Part shown: positions 56,043-64,000 of the stretch, piece after piece
How the letters are laid out: every line of letters starts with the position of its first letter
How positions within the stretch are numbered: position 1 is the stretch's first letter
Source: Eledone cirrhosa
Lineage: Eukaryota
Direction of reading: 5' to 3'
Assembly (NCBI GenBank): GCA_964016885.1
Contig: OZ024741.1
Coordinates: forward strand, 252,588,001 to 252,652,000
DNA: 64,000 nt
The notes under the pieces: model-generated
Seen by the model: the letters and a program-made list of their open reading frames with translations, nothing else
What the model was told of the DNA's origin: nothing
Database searches by the model: none
Position numbers and translations under genes: made by a program

Positions 56043-56499
56043 ATATATATATATATATAATATACACATGTAAACATATAAATATATATATGTTATATAT
56101 ATATACACATACAAATATATGTTCTACACACACACACATATATATATATATACATATACATAGTTATTATCAGTATGATCATCCATCCTTGATATGTCAG
56201 TAGTACAATCTTCATCTGTGTGTTCCATTTTTGGCATGATTTCTATAACAACCAATGACTTTACAGGGGTTACTAGGTGCATTTGATAATATCACAAATA
56301 ATTGTTTCTACTTGATAATATCACAAATAATGAAATATAGTGTCTTTGACAAGACACTATTATCTCTCTTTGTTTACCACACACATTCAGACAAACACAC
56401 ACATATATATATATCATCATCATCATCATCATTATCGTTTTTGAAGATGGATGTTGAACGATGATGATGATGATGATTATATATATATATATATATATA

Positions 56500-56725
56500 T
56501 TATTCAAAATATTAATAAATGAAGACATTCACATAATCAAAATATATGTTATATTATATATATTTCGGAGGTACTGTGCTGTTTTTTCAGTACGTCCTCA
56601 TCAGATAAAATACACTACACGAATTGATGTATGACATACCTCAACTGTCGTGATGGTTCAATTCCAGTCTTGGCAGTCAAGTTTATTCATTGAGTAATCA
56701 ATGAACCTTATTAAGATTTGGTTAT
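56500..56725 (-). mobile_element. (TA)n-bounded hammerhead unit (same family as 25238-25540)
   Basis: Shared terminus TTATTCAAAATATTAA, hammerhead and TTCATTGAGTAATCAA.GAACC..TTTGGTTATA end. Confidence 0.8.
56547..56612 (-). ncRNA. Minimal type-I hammerhead ribozyme motif, core intact
   Basis: TATTTTAT-CTGATGA-GGA C GTACTG aaaaaacagca CAGTAC C TCC-GAAA-TATATA-TA-ATATAA; G-C closed stem II. Confidence 0.8.
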
Positions 56726-56735
56726 ATATATATAC

Positions 56736-56811
<76 letters not shown>

Positions 56812-57195
56812 TTCCATCTTCGGTTAGCCTCCCCCTGTGTTGTTTACTTGTCTCACTTGCTTTACGCGTTTCTATTGTCCTAATAACTTATTTTAGTTAT
56901 TATTGCTCCAACGTGAGGTATATGATTTTTTAATGCAATGAAATACCCATGATCGTTTGGTAAATCACTGATGAGGCACTCATTTTATAACATGTTATCC
57001 ATGTGCAACTATGCAGTATTCTTCTCACCCATATTTTTCATATATATATATATATATATATATATGTAAGAGTTCTATTCAAATTGTTGGGATACAACAA
57101 GCAAATATTTTTATAACTGATATAAAGCACTCAACAAATATTTGGAGTAAAAATACGATATTAACAAATGGAAACTATATTTATAAAACCATATT

Positions 57196-57260
57196 TATTT
57201 CATTATACATATTTCAAGGACACCAAGTTAAATTATGGTGTGCTTTCATCAGATAAAATA
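57196..57260 (-). ncRNA. Minimal type-I hammerhead ribozyme motif, core intact
   Basis: TATTTTAT-CTGATGA-AAG C ACACCA taatttaact TGGTGT C CTT-GAAA-TATGTA-TA-ATGAAATA. Confidence 0.8.
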
Positions 57261-57396
57261 TAATATAGATCAGTTTTATAAATAAATATTGACATACCCT
57301 TAAAGAATGCACCATTACTATCCGGGAGCTTCCAACAGTAATGGTTGCATTCATTAAGGGTATGTCAATATTTATTTATAAAACTGATCTATATTA

Positions 57397-57461
57397 TATT
57401 TTATCTGATGAAAGCACACCATAATTTAACTTGGTGTCCTTGAAATATGTATAATGAAATA
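57397..57461 (+). ncRNA. Minimal type-I hammerhead ribozyme motif, core intact (mirror copy)
   Basis: Identical motif on the plus strand. Confidence 0.8.
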
Positions 57462-57831
57462 AATATGGTTTTATAAATATAGTTTCCATTTGTTAATATC
57501 ATATATATATATAGGATATATTAACAAATGGAAACTATATATATATATCATCATCATCATCTTCGTTTAACGTCCATTTTCCATGCTAGCATGGGTTAGA
57601 TATATTTATTCCTTCCATCTAGTGTGCCATTGGTTTTATTTGTTATTTTTGTTTTTCCTGTTTACCTTTTACATAAATATAAGACTTTTGTGCCCCTGTT
57701 TGTTGTCTCCTTGAACTATATATTTATATATATGTTTATATATTATATATTTGTATGTGTCTACATGTGATCTGTATTTGTACACACACACACCACACAC
57801 ACATATATATATATATATAGAGAGAGAGATA

Positions 57832-57911
57832 TTGGGCCGTCAAGTATGAGATTTGTAGTGAGGCATTACCAAACTTTGTTTTTTCTACAAATTTCATACT
57901 TGACAACCCTA
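57832..57911. mobile_element. 80 bp mariner-type MITE (MADE1-like architecture)
   Basis: TIRs TTGGGCCGTCAAGTATGAGATTTGTAG / CTACAAATTTCATACTTGAC(A/G)ACCC; TA flanks; second copy at 60333-60412. Confidence 0.75.
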
Positions 57912-57966
57912 TATATATATATGATATATATATATATATATAAATATACATATATATATATATATG

Positions 57967-58060
<94 letters not shown>

Positions 58061-58176
58061 TCACAGGAATCAAATTTATGTTCGAACCATTTATTGTGTT
58101 AAGATAGGGTGGATCATTGAGTGTGGAGTTGTGGTGTAAGGTGTGCCCTTGAGGTGTGCTGCTAGAAGTTGACATT

Positions 58177-58615
58177 GCTATATATTGGGTTTAAAGTTTT
58201 GGAAGGAGTGTCGGAAGCGGTGCTGGCATGACGCGAACACTTCCGATATTTTATTAAGGAGGTTATGCTTTGAGAAGATAATAGTATGAGTCTCTAGTAG
58301 ACAGAGGTTACAAAATTTATTAGGTGGTTTGTACGATGTCGCCTTACCTATCACTTCCTATTTAAGTGTATAAGATCTATTTTTAGTTTTTAGATAGTGT
58401 ATGTAGCTAGATAGTGAAGTGGAGTTGGCTAGACTGTGTTTTTTGAAAGAATGGAGGTGCGAATTGTATCTGGTTTTGAAGCAGTTTGAAGTAGAGCCTA
58501 TATAGGTTTCAGAAGAGTTGCTAGTTGTGACGGTGCATGAGTATATGATATCCTTGATTAAGCATTTTTTATCTAAAGGGCAGGTTCTATTAGATCTACA
58601 GTTACAATTATTTTG
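58177..58615 (-). pseudogene. Penelope-type GIY-YIG endonuclease domain (one in-frame stop)
   Basis: CNCRSNRTCPLDKKCLIKDIIYSCTV..ETYIGST..FKTRYNSHLHSF..STSLSSYIH.LK..*EVIGKA..CNLCLLE..LLNKISEVFASCQH. Confidence 0.9.
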
Positions 58616-59092
58616 GATGTTAGCATGCCGGTTACTATGTTGTGTAGAATTCTTGATGGTAGCTGTTGCATTATGGTTATGGAAGTTGTCGCTCTCAGCG
58701 TTATTGCTTACATTAGTGCTATTACTATTATTACTATTGTTATCAGGGTTAGTTGATATAATGTTATTTTGAAGGTTTACCCCCTGTTTACCCCCTGCCG
58801 CACAATAATCATATATAAACAAGACACCCGTGCATGCCCCACGTGTAACTAATGCATACAATAACTACTACAACTGACTAACAAACTATCCTCTTGCATT
58901 ATCTACGTTAACTGCCGATGTTGTATTTTAATTTTGATTCTGTTTTAATATGATTTTAATTTTTGAATTTAAATTGCCATTTAGAAATAATATAATATAT
59001 GCCACCCCACTGTGCATCAATATATACATATGTATCTGTATGTCTCTTGCGTTGGGAAGGGAGGTCACGTATGTATACAAACATTGAAAAAT

Positions 59093-59137
59093 GCTCCGAA
59101 GAATCCAAACCTCGGTTTGGATGAAACAATTGTAAGC
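59093..59137 (+). ncRNA. Minimal type-I hammerhead motif (CCGAAGA variant) in the PLE pLTR
   Basis: GCT-CCGAAGA-ATCCAAAC ctcg GTTTGGAT-GAAA-CAATTG-TA-AGC; 8 bp stem II, palindromic stem III. Confidence 0.7.
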
Positions 59138-59338
59138 TAATAAATGGTTCGAACATAACTTTGATTCCTGTGAATTCTATATAACTGCTCTGTAGAACAA
59201 CTGATGTTATTACATTGAGCTATTTATCTTACTGGTAATAAGGTAGTAATAAATTACTGTCTTTCAATGTTTAGGGTTTAAAATATATATAACTATAAAA
59301 AGTTTTAGTATATACATAACCATAAATAGTATCCTTAA

Positions 59339-59370
<32 letters not shown>

Positions 59371-59373
<3 letters not shown>

Positions 59374-60316
59374 CAGCAGTGGGGGAGGGTGCTCTGAAAG
59401 TACAGTAGCTAAAGTCAGAACTGGTTGGAAAAAGTTCAGAGAGCTTATACCACTATTAGCAGCTAAAGGGTTCTCCCTAAAAATGAAAGGCAGGTTGTAC
59501 GATGCCTGCATATGAACAGCAATGTTGCATGGCAGTGAGACCTGGGCATTGTGTGCAGAGGATATACGCAGACTAGAGAGGAACGAAGCTTGCATGCTCT
59601 GCTGGATGTGTAACAGTAATATACGTGAACGGCAAAGCATAAACGAACTAAAGAAAAAATTAGAAATAAGAGGGATCAGATGTTGTTTACTCGAGAGAAG
59701 GCTACGTTGGTATGGACACATGATGCGCATGAAAGTCGATAGCTGTATAACAAAGTGCAGGGCAATAAAGATAGACGGTAGCCACGGAATAGGCAGACCT
59801 AGAAAAACCTGGGACAAGCTGATAAACTCCGACCTCACACACTTACACCTCTCCAAGAAAATGTCACTGGACCGAGACCTTTGGCGGTACTCAGTAACAG
59901 AGAAGACCCGCCTTACCTAAATACATAGTAAAACCTACTACAGCCAGTAGGCATCTCTAACAAAATACACCCCCGTCCCACCACCCCCACCCCCACCCCA
60001 TCCACACCACCCCGTTCTATGTAAAGTTATGTTGGTGCCGCGCCATCCAGGCCGAAACAAATGAGATCGTGTAGGTGTCACGACAAAAAAACACACAGTC
60101 CACACTGTAATGTAGCCGTGTAGGCAACACGGTAAAAACCTCCCAGACCCACACTGTAAATGTGGTTGGTGTTAGGAAGGGCATCCAACTGTAGAAAACC
60201 TGCCAGACAGTCCTATGCGAGCAAGACAATCACTCTTGCCTCAAGTGGGACTACCCCCGTCCAAACCCATGCAAGCGTGGAACACGGACGTTAAACGTTG
60301 ATGATGATGATGATGA
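59371..60316 (+). mobile_element. RTE LINE 3' portion (same subfamily as 61767-64000)
   Basis: ISSGGGCSEST..MLHGSETW..RRLRWYGH..GRPRKTW..EKTRLT*, 3'UTR, (GAT)n tail. Confidence 0.93.
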
Positions 60317-60332
60317 TATATATATATAGATA

Positions 60333-60412
60333 TTGGGCCGTCAAGTATGAGATTTGTAGTGAGGCATTAACAAACTTTGTTTTTTCTACAAATTTCATAC
60401 TTGACGACCCAA
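60333..60412. mobile_element. 80 bp mariner-type MITE with TA TSD
   Basis: TA|TTGGGCCGTCAAG...CTTGACGACCCAA|TA; a partial inverted copy follows at 60430-60475. Confidence 0.8.
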
Positions 60413-60792
60413 TATATATGTATATATATATGAAATTTGTAGAAAAAACAAAGTTTGTTAATGCCTCACTACAAATATATATATATATATACATATACAT
60501 ACATATACATACATACTTATACAAATGAACAAAATCACGCACACATACACACAGACACACATTTGTATAGCTGCATGCATTTATCAGAGTAGAGGTTTTG
60601 GTTGTTTTGTTGTGTAGGGTTTTACAGTGGGCAGATTAGTAGACGTCAATTAGCCTACATTGCCCACCACCATTTCCACCACCTCTTACTGCCCTAGTGC
60701 ATGTAGCACAGACAAGGTAAAACTGCAAATATCTTTCCTTTCCCCAACACCTCCTCTCTCTTTCATTCTCTTACATGAATATATATATATAT

Positions 60793-61035
60793 AGGTGTCA
60801 CGACAAAAAAACACACAGTCCACGCTGTAATGTGGCCGTGTAGGCAACACGGTAAAAACCTCCCAGTCCAGACTGTAAACATGGTTGGTGTTAGGAAGGG
60901 CATCCAGCTGTAGAAAACCTGCCAGACAGTCCTATGCGAGCAAGACAACCAATCTTGCCTCAAGTGGGAAAACTCCCGTCCAAACCCATGCAAGCGTGGA
61001 AGACGGACGTTAAACGATGATGATGATGATGATGA
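60793..61035 (+). mobile_element. RTE 3'UTR-only fragment
   Basis: Matches 60072-60316, begins at a TA tract, ends in (GAT)n. Confidence 0.88.
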
Positions 61036-61149
61036 TATATATTGAAATATATATAAATATATATATATATATCTACACCTCATCACAGAAGTGAACCTAA
61101 ATATCGAGTGCTCTCCCGGGTGAGCCTGCAGTACGCCAAGTTACACCCC

Positions 61150-61229
<80 letters not shown>

Positions 61230-61369
61230 GTATATATATATATGTATATATATATACAAACATATATATATATATACATACATATATATATATATATACA
61301 TACATATATATATATATATATATACATATGTATATATATATATAGAATGTATGCATATATATATGTATG

Positions 61370-61450
<81 letters not shown>

Positions 61451-61626
61451 ATATAAATATAAGTATGTACACGTACATACATATATGTATACAGACGTAC
61501 AGTAGTATGTATATATATATACATACATGCACACATATATATATGTACGTATGGTTTCATTTTTATGGATTCATATATAAGTACGTTCGTTTCATTTTTT
61601 TCCGTTTATGTATATATATATGTATG

Positions 61627-61683
<57 letters not shown>

Positions 61684-61704
61684 GTATGTATATATATATG
61701 TATG

Positions 61705-61737
<33 letters not shown>

Positions 61738-61766
61738 GTATGTATATATATATATATATATGTATA

Positions 61767-64000
61767 TCATCATCATCATCATCATCATCAGGTTTAGCGT
61801 CCGTGTTCCACGCTTGCATGGGTTTGGACGGGGGTTTTCCCACTTGAGGCAAGAGTGGTTGTCTTGCTCGCATAGGACTGTCTGGCGGGTTTTCTACAGC
61901 TGGATGCCCTTCCTAACACCAACCACATTTACAGTGTGGGGCTGGGAGGTTTTTACCGTGTTGCCTACACGGCCACATTACAGCGTGGACTGTCTGGCGG
62001 GTTTTCTACAGCTGGATGCCCTTCCTAACACCAACCACATTTACAGTGTGGGTCTGGGAGGTTTTTACCGTGTTGCCTACACGGCCACATTTACAGCGTG
62101 GACTGTGTGTTTTTTGTCGTGACACCTACACGATCTCATTTGTTTCGGCCTGGATGTTGTGGGACCAACATAACTTTACATTGAAAGGGGCGGTGTGGGT
62201 GGGGTGGAGGGCGGTGGGACGGGGGTGTGTTTTGATAGAGATGCCTACTGACTGTAGTAGGTTTTTACTTTGTATTTAGGTAAGGCGGGTCTTCTCTATT
62301 ACTGAGTACCGCCAAAGGTCTCGGTCCAGTGACATTGTCTTGGAGAGGTGTAAGCGTGTGAGGTCGGAATTTATCAGCTCGTCCCATGTTTTTCTGGGTC
62401 TGCCTACTCCGTGGCTACCGTCTATCTTTATTGCCCTGCACTTTGTTATACAGCTGTCGTCTTTCATGCGCATCACGTGACCGTACCAACGTAGCCTTCT
62501 CTCGAGTAAACAACATCTGATCCCTCTTATTTCTAATTTTTTCCTTAGTTCGTTTATGCTTTGCCGTTCACGTATATTACTATTGCACATCCAGCGGAGC
62601 ATGCAAGCTTCGTTCCTCTCTAGTCTGCGTATATCCTCTGCACACAATGCCCAGGTCTCACTGCCATGCAGCATTGCTGTTCGTATGCAGGCATCGTATA
62701 ACCTGCCTTTCATTTTTAGGGAGAACCCTCTAGCGGCTAATAGTGGTATAAGCTCTCTGAACTTTTTCCATCCAGTTCTGACTCTAGCTACTGTACTTTC
62801 AGAGCACCCTCCCCCACTGCTGATTTTGTCACCCAGATAACGGAAGCTGTCCACTATTTCTATAGAACCCTCTGCGCAGTTGAAGGAGCTAGTATTTTGT
62901 GGGCACTTTCTGCTACTTATTGCACCAGAGCACCGGCCACATGTAAAATCTATGTTCTTAGTTAGCTTACCTGTGATCCCACTACATCTTTTATGCACCC
63001 ATACTTTGCATTTGGGACATAAAATGGAGTTTCTACCTACGCCTTTCCTACACACTGAGCATGGCCATTTCCCCGATGGGACCGCCGCCTTATTTTCTTT
63101 CCTACAAACTAGAACTTTAGTCTTAGCCAGGTTAATTTTAAGGCCTTTTGATTCTAGGCCGTGCTTCCACGTTTGGAATTTCTTCTCTAGTTCGGTCATT
63201 GATTCAGCTATGAGCGTTAGATCATCTGCGTATAGGAGTTCCCATGGGCAGCCGGTCTTGAACTCCTCTGTTATAGCCTGAAGGGCAATAATAAATAGTA
63301 GGGGGCTAAGAACAGAGCCCTGATGGACACCAACTTTTACGCTAAACTCTTCACTATATTCGTTGTTAATTCTAACCTTACTGACTGTTTCTTTATACAT
63401 GGCTTGTATAGCTCTCACAAGCCATTCGTCAACACCTAGTTTTCTAAGAGACCACCAGATAATGGAACGGGGGACTCTGTCGAAGGCTTTCTCCAAGTCG
63501 ACGAAAGCTAAGTATAGGGGTTTACTTTTAGCTAGGTACTTCTCCTGTAGTTGTCGTACAATGAAAAGAGCGTCTGTGGTACTTTTGCCTGACACAAACC
63601 CGAACTGCATTTCATCTAGATCAATTCTCTCTCTGATTAGTTGCGCTATTACTTTTTCGGTGACCTTCATGACCTGGTCGATTAATTTAATGCCTCTATA
63701 GTTACTCCTATCTAGGGCATCTCCTTTTCCCTTATAGCAGTTAACGATGATGCTGCTACGCCATTCCTTCGGAACAACCCCATTCTGTACGACTTGGTTA
63801 ACTATCCGGGTGACCATGGTGTGTCCCACCGAACCAGATGCCTTCAGCATCTCAGCAACTATTTCCGAAGGCCCAGCCGCCTTACCCGTCTTCATATCTT
63901 TGATTGCCTTACTTATTATACTACCTTCAACTAACACTGCTGGTCCCTCTATTGGATCGATCTGGGGGAGACTGTCTTTCTCCCATTTGTTCTCCTCATT
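61767..64000 (-). mobile_element. RTE-clade LINE, young copy, continues beyond the window
   Basis: Uninterrupted RT ORF, 3'UTR with ~115 bp internal duplication (61878-62105), (GAT)n tail. Confidence 0.96.
62276..64000 (-). CDS. RTE ORF: reverse transcriptase with PHD-like zinc finger (5' part outside window)
   Basis: >=553 aa without stops; NYRGIKL, QFGF, AFVDLEKAFD, GVHQGSVLSPLLF, LLYADD, FRYLG, HGSETW, GRPRKTW. Confidence 0.93.
   Translation of the reverse strand, partial: NEENKWEKDSLPQIDPIEGPAVLVEGSIISKAIKDMKTGKAAGPSEIVAEMLKASGSVGHTMVTRIVNQVVQNGVVPKEWRSSIIVNCYKGKGDALDRSNYRGIKLIDQVMKVTEKVIAQLIRERIDLDEMQFGFVSGKSTTDALFIVRQLQEKYLAKSKPLYLAFVDLEKAFDRVPRSIIWWSLRKLGVDEWLVRAIQAMYKETVSKVRINNEYSEEFSVKVGVHQGSVLSPLLFIIALQAITEEFKTGCPWELLYADDLTLIAESMTELEKKFQTWKHGLESKGLKINLAKTKVLVCRKENKAAVPSGKWPCSVCRKGVGRNSILCPKCKVWVHKRCSGITGKLTKNIDFTCGRCSGAISSRKCPQNTSSFNCAEGSIEIVDSFRYLGDKISSGGGCSESTVARVRTGWKKFRELIPLLAARGFSLKMKGRLYDACIRTAMLHGSETWALCAEDIRRLERNEACMLRWMCNSNIRERQSINELRKKLEIRGIRCCLLERRLRWYGHVMRMKDDSCITKCRAIKIDGSHGVGRPRKTWDELINSDLTRLHLSKTMSLDRDLWRYSVIEKTRLT

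Larger units (their letters stand above)
57157..57500. mobile_element. Near-perfect 344 bp palindrome with one hammerhead per arm
   Basis: GATATTAACAAATGG...GACATACCCTTAA / TTAAGGGTATGTC...CCATTTGTTAATATC; unit bounded by TA tracts at ~57065 and 57501. Confidence 0.88.
58053..59182 (-). mobile_element. Penelope-like element remnant: GIY-YIG endonuclease 3' end plus inverted pLTR
   Basis: Endonuclease on minus strand; 43 bp terminus AATAAATGGTTCGAACATAA.TTTGATTCCTGTGAATTCTATA present inverted at 58053-58095 and 59139-59182; hammerhead in the inverted part. Confidence 0.85.

Noticed and set aside
56961-57020. CTGATGAGGCAC...GTGC possible hammerhead
   Set aside because: No GAAA core or stem I partner; at best a decayed remnant

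Overview
Eukaryotic, AT-rich, repeat-saturated genomic DNA; the SINE families and the (TA)n/(TG)n/(ATC)n density suggest an octopod cephalopod (inference). No complete host gene is recognisable, and nearly all listed ORFs are microsatellite or satellite artefacts. The window holds RTE-clade LINEs (one with a long intact RT ORF running off the right edge), CR1-like, L1/Tx1-like and R4-like (RLE) LINE remnants, a Penelope GIY-YIG endonuclease fragment, two tRNA-derived SINE families, piggyBac-, hAT- and mariner/Tc1-type MITEs, a non-autonomous Helitron, several minisatellite arrays (70, 23, 14, 27, 150 and 75 bp units) and a 200-N gap. The most notable signal is a set of eight minimal type-I hammerhead ribozyme motifs, several with core lesions. 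They sit in short (TA)n-bounded Penelope-type units. Two of these units are ~345 bp fold-back palindromes carrying one hammerhead on each strand, and stem II covaries between subfamilies. Other fragments (CR1, RTE, PLE) are likewise bracketed by short inverted arms and (TA)n tracts. All coordinates were read by eye and ends are approximate unless stated.
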